Shown: positions 8,410-19,242 of the stretch, piece after piece | Layout of the letters: each line of letters begins with the position of its first letter | How positions within the stretch are numbered: the first letter of the stretch is position 1 | Source of the DNA: a virus | Length of the DNA: 64,000 bases | Reading direction: 5' to 3' (one strand) | Virus record (IMG/VR): IMGVR_UViG_3300017792_000017 | Coordinates: 1 to 64,000 of that record | The notes under the pieces: generated by a model | Told to the model about the DNA's origin: nothing | What the model saw: the letters and a program-made list of their open reading frames with translations, nothing else | Databases searched by the model: none | Made by a program: the position numbers and the translations under genes

Positions 8410-9807
8410 ATGTCACAATTCAAAATCAATCCGCTTCTCAATACCGATTCATACAAGCACAGCCACTTCCTGCAATACCCGGCTGGTGCAACTGCTCTGT
8501 CTTCTTACGTAGAACCCCGTAAGGACAATAGCGGTTTCGGTATCACCCACGTAACTCCGTTCGGCCTTCAAGGCTACATCAAGGATCACCTTCTGACTCC
8601 GATTGCGCTTGACGACGTGATTGAAGCAGGACGTATCTGTAAGCTTCACGGAGAGCCGTTTGCAGAAGGCGCATTCCGTAAAGTGGTAGAAGTGTACGGA
8701 GGTCGTGCGCCTATCACGATCCGTGCTGTAGCTGAAGGTACGCAAGTGCCTATCAGCAATGTTATCATTGACGTCGAATGTCACGATCCCGAAATGCTTT
8801 GGATGGGTTCATTCTATGAAACGCAAATCCTTCGTGCGGCCTGGTTTGGTACCACAGTTGCGACGATCAGCCGTCACTGTAAAGAAATCATCTTCAAAGG
8901 ACTGGTCGATACGTGCGATAAGCCTCTTGACGAGCTTCCTTTTAAGCTTCATGACTTCGGTGCTCGTGGTGCTAGTTCTGCAGAAACTTCTGCTATTGCT
9001 GGTGCCGCACACTTGGTGAACTTCATGGGTACGGACACCATGCTCGGCATGGAGTACGCTCATCAATTCTACGGAGCAGAACGTGATTCTCTTGGGTTTA
9101 GCATCCCTGCTGCTGAGCATAGTACTATTACTAGTTGGGGGCGTTCAGGAGAAGCGGACGCATACCGTAATATGGCTGAGAAGTTCGGCAGTGGCCTTTT
9201 CGCAGTTGTCTCTGATAGTTACGACATCTTTAATGCTGTCAAAAACGTCTGGGGCGATACCCTTCGTGATTTTGTCCTTGCTTTGCCTGGTACTCTCGTT
9301 GTTAGACCTGATTCCGGAGATCCGGTGTCGGTTGTTAGGACGGTTGTTGGGATTCTCGCAGACAAGTTCGGATACGCGACGAACGGTAAAGGGTTCAAAG
9401 TCCTGAACAAGGTTCGTGTCATCCAAGGCGACGGTGTAAACCCTACCTCAATCGCAGCTATTCTCACGGCTCTGAAGATGGATGGTTTCAGTGCTGAGAA
9501 CGTTGCATTCGGTATGGGTGGTGCTCTTCACCAGAAGCTTGACCGTGATACGTTTGGTTTTGCAATGAAGGCTTCGGCAATTCAAATCGATGGTAAGTGG
9601 AATGACGTGTACAAGGACCCCGTCGCTGGTGGCAAGACTAGCAAGCGTGGTCGTCTGGCACTGGTCAGTGACGAAAGCGGTGAACTTACTACGATCCGTC
9701 GTGAAAATGCAATGGGTCGTGACGATCATCTCGAAGTCGTATACACTGGCGGTAAGCTCGTGAAGGAACTGACGTTCAACGAAGTTCGCAGGAACGCTGC
9801 AATCTAA
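8410..9807 (+). CDS. nadV: Nicotinamide phosphoribosyltransferase
   Basis: TDSYKHSH, LHDFGARG, SIPAAEHS, VVSDSYD, VRPDSGDP, IQGDG, FGMGG; ATG 8410 after GAGG. Confidence 0.95.
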   Translation: MSQFKINPLLNTDSYKHSHFLQYPAGATALSSYVEPRKDNSGFGITHVTPFGLQGYIKDHLLTPIALDDVIEAGRICKLHGEPFAEGAFRKVVEVYGGRAPITIRAVAEGTQVPISNVIIDVECHDPEMLWMGSFYETQILRAAWFGTTVATISRHCKEIIFKGLVDTCDKPLDELPFKLHDFGARGASSAETSAIAGAAHLVNFMGTDTMLGMEYAHQFYGAERDSLGFSIPAAEHSTITSWGRSGEADAYRNMAEKFGSGLFAVVSDSYDIFNAVKNVWGDTLRDFVLALPGTLVVRPDSGDPVSVVRTVVGILADKFGYATNGKGFKVLNKVRVIQGDGVNPTSIAAILTALKMDGFSAENVAFGMGGALHQKLDRDTFGFAMKASAIQIDGKWNDVYKDPVAGGKTSKRGRLALVSDESGELTTIRRENAMGRDDHLEVVYTGGKLVKELTFNEVRRNAAI

Positions 9808-9847
9808 AAGGAGAACTGCTATGAAATAATTCTATACGGAGTTACTC

Positions 9848-10036
9848 ATGGCTTTTGAAACTGATAAGAACTACCCTAACCGCAAAGACAACCGTCGTGT
9901 TTACAAGTATAACTATGCCAAAAGCGTGGACCGTACATGTCGTAATCACGGCAGTTGCAACTGGTGTCAGGGTAATCGGTTTTACTCTATCAGCAAAGCC
10001 TTGGCGAAAGCTAAGGACATGTTAGAAAACGACTAA
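9848..10036 (+). CDS. Small basic Cys/His protein
   Basis: DRTCRNHGSCNWC; GGAG RBS. Confidence 0.6.
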   Translation: MAFETDKNYPNRKDNRRVYKYNYAKSVDRTCRNHGSCNWCQGNRFYSISKALAKAKDMLEND

Positions 10037-10039
10037 CAC

Positions 10040-10061
10040 ACGGGGCTTCGGCCCCGTTTTC
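10040..10061 (+). terminator. Rho-independent terminator
   Basis: ACGGGGC-TTCG-GCCCCGT followed by a T-tract. Confidence 0.85.
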
Positions 10062-11018
10062 ATTTGTTCTTTTTTTAGTTTTTCGATACAAACTTGGTAT
10101 AAGAATCTTGTAGTAGAAAATTATATTATTTTTCATCGACCTAAGGACCTAACCAAAATGTTTATCGTTCAACTGATTCTTGTGATTTTCGCAATCTTCA
10201 CGCTGGCGATTATCTGCGTTGCTTATACGCAGTGCAAAATGAATACCGAAGCCTGGAAAGACAGGGTTGCGTACAAACTGCAAAGCTCGTTCCACTTGCA
10301 AGAGCGAATTGCAGTTCAGCTCACCGACTTGCATTTCCCCACCTTCCATACTGTGTTTGCGGATCAGCCGCATCCGGATATCGCTGCGCACCAGATCTTC
10401 TGGGATGAAGGCGTACAAGAGTTCTTGAACCGCACGCACTACTCGCCGGAACTCGGCTTTCCGTACCATATGTTCTCCCGTCAGAACTATGGCCGCGTAA
10501 ACATCGAAGTTTAATTTAATAACAGGAACTGAAAATGTCGCCGCAAACTTTGAAAACAGCTGAACACATGAACGGCATGATTGAATCGGCAATGGAGACC
10601 ATTGAACTTGGAGAAATTCAGTTGACTCCTGGTCAGACAATGCTTGTTCGTGCTGAACTGCTGAACATGTTCGTCGCAGGCTACGCTCGCCGTCAAGAAG
10701 AACAGCGGGAAGCTAGCAAGGCACTGTCAGAGTCGATCTCCGCTCTGAAGGTCACCATCGAAGAGCTTGCAACTCTCAAGGGCGTCGGTCAGGAGCAAAG
10801 CGGTGGCGGTTAATTTCTTCAAGCCCAGAGAGCTGATTAACGCTTTGTCTTGTCCTCTCTGTAAGTCAGATCAAGTGCAGGTCTGTCTCGACTATAACAA
10901 TCCTCAAAAGGACTTGGCTAAATGTCGGAATTGTAAATGCACAGCGCCTCTCCAGATCTGGAATGATCGGAAGTAATTTAAGGCCCGGGATTTCTCGGGC
11001 TTTCTTTTTTGTTTAACA

Positions 11019-11237
11019 ATGAAAAGCAGAATTCATATTGACCAACACGCTATCAGAGCAAACCGTAAGAACGGTACTGATCTGCCTGTTATTAGCGTAA
11101 AGACTTATAAGTCGAACACGAAATGTCGTGAAGTAGAAATCAACGGCCCATCCAAACTGATATACTCGCCTGACAAACCTCTGTCATGTGGAGCACGAGT
11201 GTGGCTGGAAACTGAAGCTGAGATAGTAACGAGATGA
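11019..11237 (+). CDS. Conserved-looking phage hypothetical protein
   Basis: IHIDQHAIRAN...YSPDKPLSCGARVW. Confidence 0.6.
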   Translation: MKSRIHIDQHAIRANRKNGTDLPVISVKTYKSNTKCREVEINGPSKLIYSPDKPLSCGARVWLETEAEIVTR

Positions 11238-11384
11238 GCATGCCACATAAGACTTTACTAAGCATTGCTTTACTAAATGCTTTTATTGCTGGTCTAGCAA
11301 TTGGTTGGGGTAATTACGTAACAGCAGCGATTGAAATAGTAGTAGTAATCTGCTGTATTCTTTTTGTATTCTTCGGGGAAATTG

Positions 11385-12005
11385 ATGACTAATAAAGTAA
11401 TTCTGTTGATTGACATGGACGGCGTTCAAGCCGATTGGACCAAGCGTGTACTAAGTACGTATACGGAGAAGTACCCTGACCGGTTCGTTCCCAAGCAAGA
11501 AGATGTAACAGAGTTTTTCATTGAAGGGTTGTTTCCGGAAGAACACCGGGAAGATCTTCTCAAGATTCCCCGTACGAAGGGTTTCTATGCTTCTCTTGAA
11601 ACCATTCCGGGTTCAATTGAGGCGATGAAGGACATTGAAGAGAATTGTAAGGACTTTATCGAACCTTACATCTGTAGCGCCCCTGAACTTGACTTTGAAG
11701 ATCTGCTCTGTCATTCTGAGAAGGCTCAGTGGGTTAAGAAAATCCTCGGAGATTTCTGGCTTAAACGAATGATCCTTACAAAGGATAAAACTGTAGTTCG
11801 CGGGGATTATCTCATTGATGATAAACCTGTGATTACTGGTGCCGTGGATCCTCAGTGGAAACATATTCATCTGAAACAACCTTATACCCCGAGCACGGCT
11901 CAGTGTACTTTTGAATGGAGCCAATGGAATATCTTGAAGAAACATCTTCTAAAGGAATCTAAAAAGTATCTAAAAGAATCCAGATATTACCGGTCCGGAC
12001 TTTAA
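11385..12005 (+). CDS. 5'(3')-deoxyribonucleotidase (HAD, NT5C-like)
   Basis: LIDMDGVQAD, EKAQWV, LTKDKTVVRGDYLIDDKP. Confidence 0.88.
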   Translation: MTNKVILLIDMDGVQADWTKRVLSTYTEKYPDRFVPKQEDVTEFFIEGLFPEEHREDLLKIPRTKGFYASLETIPGSIEAMKDIEENCKDFIEPYICSAPELDFEDLLCHSEKAQWVKKILGDFWLKRMILTKDKTVVRGDYLIDDKPVITGAVDPQWKHIHLKQPYTPSTAQCTFEWSQWNILKKHLLKESKKYLKESRYYRSGL

Positions 12006-12070
12006 TTACAAAGCCTAATTTTGGTATAAGAGAGTTGTAGGAATAGTACTTACTTTTATGTTTAGGGTAG

Positions 12071-13651
12071 GTGTCTTACATGCTCTCTGCATATAAGCAT
12101 CACCCTAACTTAAAGTGTACAAACATGAACGTAACTCGCATATCAGGTCTAACCCCAGTAGTAGCTAACACAACGTTTAGCGGACGTTGTATCTTCGATG
12201 AAGGTGGGGTTCTTCAACCAGCAGCAGGTGTAGTAGTAACTTTTCTAAACGCGTTTATCGACGCAAGTGATTACCAGATTATTTTCGATCTGTCTAAGGG
12301 CGGCACTATCGCTGGTACTATCTACAACGATTATCACTCAGCAGTATGGTACGGCGCTGACTTCACTGGCCTAAGCCAAACAGGTACAAAAGTCCAAGCG
12401 GCTCTTGATTCGCCTCTAACCGCAAACGTTAAACTGGTTCGGGGCATGTATCTGTGCTCAGGCGTACAACTCAAATCAGTTGATAAACACATCATTTGCT
12501 CATCTTACAGAATGGGTGGGCAGAACGACGGCGTAATTCTTCGCTGGTCACAAGACATGGGTGCTGGCACTGCATGTCTACAGATGTACAACGGTCCAAG
12601 GAAGCTTGACACAGCTAAGTATCGTGGCTTCAAGATTATGGGCCCTGGTCAGAAGGGTGCAGTAATTGGAACGACCGGTTGTTTGATGGATGGCATTATT
12701 TTCGGTAATGGTGGTAATCACAAGTTCGATGCTAAAGATCTCTTTGTAACAGGCGTGCGTTTCGCATATACAGCTTGGACTAATGACGGTCACAGCTCAC
12801 TTGATAACGTTGGTGCAACAGGTAACTTCGCAACGTGGAATATTCTAAGCACTGGTGGAGACTGGACATGGAAAGAATGTTCCAGTAACGCAGAGCAACG
12901 TGCAGCATTTTATCTGCCGAGAAATGGTAGCTTCGGCGTACATGCAGACATGGACGATTACTTTAATGGCTATGCGCCTTACTTCGTCTATCAGGACAAT
13001 GTTCTTGATCCCCGTCTAGCATCTACAGTAACAGCCGGTATGACTGTCTCTAGTAGATGGAGGCGTATTGGCTGTGAGCGACTCGGTAACGCATTTATTA
13101 ACCTGTTGCCTACTGATTCAAACTTCTATCAGCTCAAGCTTGAAGATAGTGGTTGGGATTCGTTCGTAAGTGGTGCAGCAGTGATTCCTAGTGAAGCTCA
13201 AGACTTCGCAATAAAGGCTGGGTACATTGAAGGTCTTGATCTTAATGATACTCTAGAGTCTGGTGGTGCTGGAACTCTATCAGCATTTACTTCTGGTGTG
13301 ATAAAGGTTGGTAATAGTAGTTCTCGTGGCATTTCAGCTACGAGACTACACAACCTTCCTGCAGCAGGAAAGACATTCCTGTCAGGTACAACACGTGCAC
13401 GTATTATTCCGCAAACATATAACCTGCCAGTGATTAACATCCCTGCTGGTTCGCTAAGTGCGACTTACACTGCTCTGGACTTTGAAGCATGCAGTCGTTC
13501 AAACTGGTTCCCACAGTTCCGTACAGATAATGATCTAGGCGGGGCTAATGCAGAAATGGTTGTAAGTGGTAATGTAGTTACGATTACGCTCTCAGAGGCG
13601 TTGACGTATGCTGTAAGCTTTACTATAAATCTCTATGGACCTGGCAATTAA
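12071..13651 (+). CDS. Beta-helix-like (tailspike/depolymerase-like) protein
   Basis: YGADFTGLSQTGTKVQAALD resembles a pectate-lyase-superfamily start; G/N/T-rich; behind the promoter at 12021. Confidence 0.5.
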   Translation: MSYMLSAYKHHPNLKCTNMNVTRISGLTPVVANTTFSGRCIFDEGGVLQPAAGVVVTFLNAFIDASDYQIIFDLSKGGTIAGTIYNDYHSAVWYGADFTGLSQTGTKVQAALDSPLTANVKLVRGMYLCSGVQLKSVDKHIICSSYRMGGQNDGVILRWSQDMGAGTACLQMYNGPRKLDTAKYRGFKIMGPGQKGAVIGTTGCLMDGIIFGNGGNHKFDAKDLFVTGVRFAYTAWTNDGHSSLDNVGATGNFATWNILSTGGDWTWKECSSNAEQRAAFYLPRNGSFGVHADMDDYFNGYAPYFVYQDNVLDPRLASTVTAGMTVSSRWRRIGCERLGNAFINLLPTDSNFYQLKLEDSGWDSFVSGAAVIPSEAQDFAIKAGYIEGLDLNDTLESGGAGTLSAFTSGVIKVGNSSSRGISATRLHNLPAAGKTFLSGTTRARIIPQTYNLPVINIPAGSLSATYTALDFEACSRSNWFPQFRTDNDLGGANAEMVVSGNVVTITLSEALTYAVSFTINLYGPGN

Positions 13652-13666
13652 CTAACAAGGAGTGCC

Positions 13667-13798
13667 ATGCTCTCGAAACACAAACAAAAAGGATTCACCA
13701 TTATCGAACTGTGGTTCGTGTTGGTGGCACTCATCTGTATCGGAGTCCTCGGAACGGTTGCTTTCGTAGGATTCCATTTTCTTTCCAAGTGGTGGTGA
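13667..13798 (+). CDS. 43-aa type IV prepilin-like peptide (not in ORF track)
   Basis: MLSKHKQKG|FTIIELWFVLVALICIGVLGTVAFVGFHFLSKWW; AAGGAG RBS. Confidence 0.75.
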   Translation: MLSKHKQKGFTIIELWFVLVALICIGVLGTVAFVGFHFLSKWW

Positions 13799-14717
13799 CA
13801 TGACTGAGTATGAGTTCACCGAAGTGCCGGGATACGCAGACGTTATGACGGCGAAGGATTGGGCTGAAAGTGTCGAATGTGGTGCTTTCATTCCTTCTGA
13901 TGGAACTGGTTTCTGGTGTAAAGGCGAGAAGCAAGAGTCGGTGGTTGACAGTTTCGCTACAAAGCCGGAATGGGCAACTCATGTAGCGTGGTACAACAAA
14001 TGACAACTCGTTATTACGGCAGAAAATACGCATCAGGCAATCTGTGGGAGGAAGTGTCTCTCAGAGAATGGCGGGCAATGGTTACTAGTGCCCACTACGA
14101 GACGAAAGTATTAGAAACTTCTCCTGATGTTCCGACGAAGATGTCGGACAGAGACAAGTGTGAGCTGACGGATCAAGCCACAATGAATGCTCTTCGAAAG
14201 GCTGGAATCGATGTTTGGACTGAACAACCTGAAGATGACATGGCAGTCATGATGACGTTCGCAGGATTGAAGCGAACCATTCTCGCTGCTAGTGAAGGAC
14301 TTGCAAAAAAAGAAGAGCCTTTATCTTTTAAAGGTGAAACCTTCAGCAACTGGTGGGAACGTCACTGCATGGACGGTTCTAACATGGACTATGCCTCGGC
14401 AGAGTTGGCGTGGAAAGCATCCAAAATTGCCAATGGAGAAGCAGGCTGATGGTCAGGTACAGAAGACAAGAGTACGATTTTCTATCGCAGGAAAATCTGG
14501 TATGGGGAGTGATCCTAATTGTGCTGGTCTTCGTTGCAGCGAGTCTTTACGCACGATATCAGCACAGTGAAGATCTTCGTATACACGGATGTAACCTTCT
14601 CACCGAAGCTCCTACTGGACGTAGGGTTTTCTGCGGCAAGGGTTGTACTAAGCCTGAACATGTTTACGTATACGAGTGCTACGAAGGCACACGAACCGAA
14701 GTTCACTAAGGAAAATC

Positions 14718-15473
14718 ATGAACGACATCGATTTGAAACGTAAGAAGGTTGCGGGGATCGTCAAAGTCGCAATCGGCGCTATAGCGATTGCTATCCTGGC
14801 TCCTGCAATCATGCTGCTAGTAAAGGGCTTGGTTGGTATCGGTATCGCTGGTATTGTGGCGTTGGCTATTGTCAACTTCGCGCCGGTGATCTCGATGAAG
14901 TTCGCCAACTGGAAGATCAAGGCCATCGTAGCTGAAGCCAAGAGCAATCCGATTGAAACAATGATCAACGTTGCTCACGCTCGGCAGGACAAGCTGAAGG
15001 AAGCTCAGACTGCAATTGCTAATCTGAGCACACAGATCAAGAACTTCGGTGACAAGTTGGCTGGTTTCAAGCAGAAGTTTCCGGATCAAGCTGATGTGTT
15101 CGAAACGAATCATGCGAACATGAAGCTGGTTCTGAAGAAGTGGCAAGACAACTATCGTCTTGCAGACTCTGCGCTCTCGACTTACTTTGCTGAAATCGAG
15201 AAGTGCAAGGCTGTAAACGACATGGCGATGGAGATGCAGAAGCTCAACAGCATGGCCCAGATGGATTCGGACAAGCTGCTGGAAGAACTTAAATCGAAGA
15301 CTGCCATCGATCAAGTGAGTGAGAACCTTAACCGGTCTATGGCTCAGCTCGAAACGTCGCTGCTGACTGAAGTTCCAGGACAGGCTGTAACTCCGCAGTC
15401 GGATTCGCTTCTTACCAACGATCCTGCACAAGTGGTGGATTTCTCCACTGTGAAGGTTGCTCAAAAGGTGTGA
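14718..15473 (+). CDS. Membrane-anchored PspA/IM30-like coiled-coil protein
   Basis: Two N-terminal TM segments, then NPIETM and a long coiled coil; AAGGA RBS. Confidence 0.55.
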   Translation: MNDIDLKRKKVAGIVKVAIGAIAIAILAPAIMLLVKGLVGIGIAGIVALAIVNFAPVISMKFANWKIKAIVAEAKSNPIETMINVAHARQDKLKEAQTAIANLSTQIKNFGDKLAGFKQKFPDQADVFETNHANMKLVLKKWQDNYRLADSALSTYFAEIEKCKAVNDMAMEMQKLNSMAQMDSDKLLEELKSKTAIDQVSENLNRSMAQLETSLLTEVPGQAVTPQSDSLLTNDPAQVVDFSTVKVAQKV

Positions 15474-15670
15474 CATGGTTAAGGTAGTCGGCCAGGATAG
15501 CGCCGTATCAAAGCGCATTACGTGCAAGAACTGCGGTGCTATCAACGAGTATCTCCCCGTAGATGTGCGAGAGTTGTATCGGGGAAGGGATATTGGTGGT
15601 GGTAGCGAAGGCCGTGATGGCTTTAACTGTGGCCAGTGTCGCAAAGAAATAACCACGAGGAGCTTTTGAC

Positions 15671-15799
15671 GTGTACAAGAAAGAATGGAACTGGCTTGAA
15701 TGTGCTTGGAATATTCTCGATCCGCAGGAAAATGTAATTGCAGAAGTCGGTTCGAAATCTCAAGCTGACGCTCTTCTCTCCCATCTCAACCGGGGTTAA
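15671..15799 (+). CDS. 42-aa mini protein, paralog A
   Basis: MYKKEW...AWNILDP...ALLSHLNRG. Confidence 0.6.
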   Translation: MYKKEWNWLECAWNILDPQENVIAEVGSKSQADALLSHLNRG

Positions 15800-15936
15800 A
15801 CATGTACACGAAAGAACTAGATGGAACCCGTAATGCGTGGGGAATTCTTAGTCCAGAAGGCACTACTATCTGCTATGTAATAGGTGAGCACGCAGCAGAA
15901 GCTCTTCTCTCCCATCTCAACCGGGGTTAAACATGT
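15770..15936 (+). repeat. 36-bp perfect direct repeat (15770-15805 and 15901-15936)
   Basis: GCTCTTCTCTCCCATCTCAACCGGGGTTAAACATGT twice. Confidence 0.9.
15802..15930 (+). CDS. 42-aa mini protein, paralog B
   Basis: MYTKEL...AWGILSP...ALLSHLNRG. Confidence 0.6.
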   Translation: MYTKELDGTRNAWGILSPEGTTICYVIGEHAAEALLSHLNRG

Positions 15937-16466
15937 TCGAAGGGATTTGTAAGCACTGCAAGGTCCCGATTGTATTAGCTCCTACGAGGCTTTCGGGAAA
16001 CATGTGGCGAGGAAAGAAGCGTTATGAAGACCAGACACCGCTATCGCAGTATTGCTGGGTAGATCCCCAAGGCGGGTCTCAGCTTCACCAACCCGGACCT
16101 GAGAAAGAAGTAACCATTTCGGCAGAGCTGTATGCCGAATGGAAAGATGCGTATCTGGCCTTCGCAGGGGCTTTTGATACACCTATTCATCGTCAAAAGT
16201 TGTCGGATGAGTATTCCACAGATGCGCGGGATCGCCTGTCCGCATTCAACGTGAAGATGATCAACCTGATGCAGGAGTCTCAAAAGTGTACCGACTGATT
16301 TGCAGCCTCTTGGTGGTCCTGGTTTGTGTTGGTGGCTACTTCGCCTTCAACCATGACTCCGGATCGACTCAGCAGGCGTCTGACGCAGTGCAAACCCAAA
16401 CGGCGGCTCCGGCTGCCTCAACGTCTTCGGACGATAACAATTTCAAAGACCTCAAGGTGAATTGAC

Positions 16467-17390
16467 ATGTTCAACAACAAGTACAACAACCGTCGTTGGA
16501 TCTACGGCATGATCGTAGGCGCTCTGATCACGTGGCTGGTCATGCACAATGCACACGCTCAGTCACTCACCGTGGCAACTGGCGGGCCGAAGGGTACGTA
16601 CTCGGCAATGTTCAAGGAATTGAATCAGCGCTGTGGTCTTGGCGAAGTTAAGGAAATCAACAGCCTCGGGTCGAACGACAACATCGACAAGCTGGTTGCC
16701 AACCAAGTCAACGGCGCAATCGTGCAGACTGACGTTCTCGTGCTTCGTGCGAAGACCGAAGATCTCTCGAAGATCAAGACGCTGTTCTCGCTTCACCCGG
16801 AACAGGTTCACTTCCTGGCTCGTGGAGATGGCGTGAAGGAAGGCGGCTTCATGGGTATCGGCGGAAAAGAGATCAAGTTCAACAACATCTCGGACCTTAA
16901 TGGTCGTACCATCGGCGCTGCTGGAGGCTCGGTTTTGACTGCGAAAGTGATCAAGTTCCAAGGCGGGCTTACGTACAACGTTCAGGAATTCAACACGAAC
17001 GCTGACGCCCTGTCCGCACTGACGAACAAACAAGTCGATGCAGTGGTCATCGTCGGCGGTCAGCCCATGAAAGAAATCGAAGCTCTGCCGTCGATCTTCA
17101 AGATCCTGGCTATTCCGGCTACGGTTCAAGACAAGCTCAAAGCGGTGTATCAACCGGCTCGTGTGAGTTACCGTAACCTGGGTGCGGCTGGCGTTCAGAC
17201 GGTATCGATCACTTCGCTTCTGGTTACGCGTGAATACAAGTCGGCCAAGTTCGTGAATGCGCTCAAGAACTATCGTGAGTGCTTCTACAACAATCTGGAT
17301 GATCTCCAGGAGACGACAGGTACGAGTCCGGCATGGCAGAACGTTGTCAAGTCGGATCAAGGCAAGTGGACGTGGAATGATCTGAAGTAA
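16467..17390 (+). CDS. TAXI-family TRAP solute-binding protein
   Basis: Signal peptide (AHA|Q), VATGGPKGTY, GSNDNI, IVQTD, LHPEQVH, GAAGGS. Confidence 0.8.
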   Translation: MFNNKYNNRRWIYGMIVGALITWLVMHNAHAQSLTVATGGPKGTYSAMFKELNQRCGLGEVKEINSLGSNDNIDKLVANQVNGAIVQTDVLVLRAKTEDLSKIKTLFSLHPEQVHFLARGDGVKEGGFMGIGGKEIKFNNISDLNGRTIGAAGGSVLTAKVIKFQGGLTYNVQEFNTNADALSALTNKQVDAVVIVGGQPMKEIEALPSIFKILAIPATVQDKLKAVYQPARVSYRNLGAAGVQTVSITSLLVTREYKSAKFVNALKNYRECFYNNLDDLQETTGTSPAWQNVVKSDQGKWTWNDLK

Positions 17391-18360
17391 TGGATACGTT
17401 TGTCCACATCTACCTCTGTCTTGCAGTGGCTTACTTCCTGATGTTGTCAATCTTTTACGAACAGGATGGTATAAGCGAAGTACTGGAAGATATTATCGGT
17501 TCCATTCTTTGGCCGATCTGTGTCTTCATGGACTTGTTTCCGAGGCGTAAGCCTACGGATAATCTTCGTTAACTGTAGGGGTGTTCACACAAGCCCCTTA
17601 GGGGAAACTATGTGGGCACTCATTGTAGTTACCGTTGCAACGACACCGTATCTCAATCCTGTTATTCCTCAGCCTAAGTACGAGGTAATCGGAACGTATG
17701 ACACTATGCAACACTGCCAGGATGATGAGTTTCTGTACAGCGGTGCTGGTTACAAAGGGCGCAGATGGACTGTGCCTTATACGTACGATAAGAGGACTCA
17801 GTGTGTGAGAGTTTCGAATCAATGATATAAAGGGCGCTTCCACAGGCCCTTTTTCTTTAGGTGGTGGAAATGCTTATCTTTCATATTTATTTGATTGGTC
17901 TTGCTGTATCTCTATTTTTAGGAATGGTACTTGTAGGCTTTCAAAGAGGAGAAGAGCTTGATAAGATCATCGGTGGTGTTATGGCATTGATCTACTCAGT
18001 GTTTTGGCCTGTTGTCGCAGTGGCCTTGTCACTTTTCTTCATAGGGTATTTTCCAATTTGGATTGGTAAGTGTATACGGAGGATGACGGAATGACTACGG
18101 TACATTTCGTTTTGGCATATCTAATCTCGATTCCCTTTGCTATCGCAATTAGCCTGATCGTAATTGGATATCGTGGTGATAACATGTACTTAATCCGTTA
18201 TAACGGAGAGCATGCAATTGGGGTTATGCTAGGTATTACATGGCCAATTACTGTTCCATATCTTTGCTTGTATTTTTGCATGGGATGGCTTGTACAGTGG
18301 CCTTTGTGGTTTGGTTTGTATTTGAAGCGTAAGATGCGTGAAATACGTAAGAAGAAATGA
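17390..18360 (+). CDS. Cluster of small membrane proteins (17390-17572, 17610-17825, 17861-18094, 18091-18360)
   Basis: Hydrophobic 60-90-aa ORFs; three share a TM-loop-WP-TM pattern. Confidence 0.55.
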
Positions 18361-18816
18361 AGACAGAGAAACAACTCCTAGGCGATGCATTCAGACAACT
18401 TGGTGCACAGGTAATTAGCGATCTCGGTCGTATGCCAAAGCGCTTGAAAAAGCAGATGCATAAAGATAGAATTAAAGCCTTTCAAAACAATCAATTTAAC
18501 AAGAGTAAAAAATGAGCACACAAGATTTAGACAAGGATGAGCAAGACGCTATTGAAGTAGCAAAGCTTATCGATAGCATGATTCCTCCTACTCGGTATAA
18601 GAGTTTTATCTATCGTCTGGTTAACGATGTATCAAAAGCATCGATGGGCGTCCACCCGCTTCCTGCTCATGTACCTTATCGCAAAAGTACGTTTGAAGGA
18701 ACCGATTTCTATCACATCAATGGCGCTTGGTGGCAGCTTGGAAATGTAAGCTCTGACGACAAGGGCATTTTCGTTGAGTTCTATCGTATGGAAGGTGAAT
18801 TCAAGGGGTACTCGGT

Positions 18817-19242
18817 ATGACTCTTTACGCACATCTTCAACAACTGCGGGTTGAAGCTCTGAAACTTGGTGATTCTTTTTCGTTTACTAAGCTTGGTACT
18901 GTCCTTGGGGAAGCCAAGCAAGTAGCTACGAAAAAAGAGAACCGTGACCCTACTGATGAAGAAGTAATTAGCATTGTCAAGAAGGGTCTTGAAGGCATTG
19001 CAGAAATGCTTGCGCATGAGAAGGATGATCTTAAGCGAGGCGCTCTCATTGCTGAACGCCAGCTTCTTCAAGGCTTCATGCCGACTCAGTTGTCAGAAAC
19101 TGAAATCAAGGTAATCATCGAGAATGCTGCACTGGATAACATCGGCAAGATCATGGCTATCTTCAAGAACAACTACGCAGGTAAATACGATGGAAAGCTT
19201 GTCTCAAAACTCGCTAACGAATTTCTATCAAGTAAGGTTTGA
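18817..19242 (+). CDS. GatB/YqeY domain protein
   Basis: TDEEVISIVKK, LQGFMPTQLSETEI, IGKIM, GKYDGKLVS. Confidence 0.8.
   Translation: MTLYAHLQQLRVEALKLGDSFSFTKLGTVLGEAKQVATKKENRDPTDEEVISIVKKGLEGIAEMLAHEKDDLKRGALIAERQLLQGFMPTQLSETEIKVIIENAALDNIGKIMAIFKNNYAGKYDGKLVSKLANEFLSSKV

Noticed and set aside
14817-17450. Long minus-strand ORFs 14817-15656 and 16563-17450
   Set aside because: Antisense shadows of well-supported plus-strand genes.
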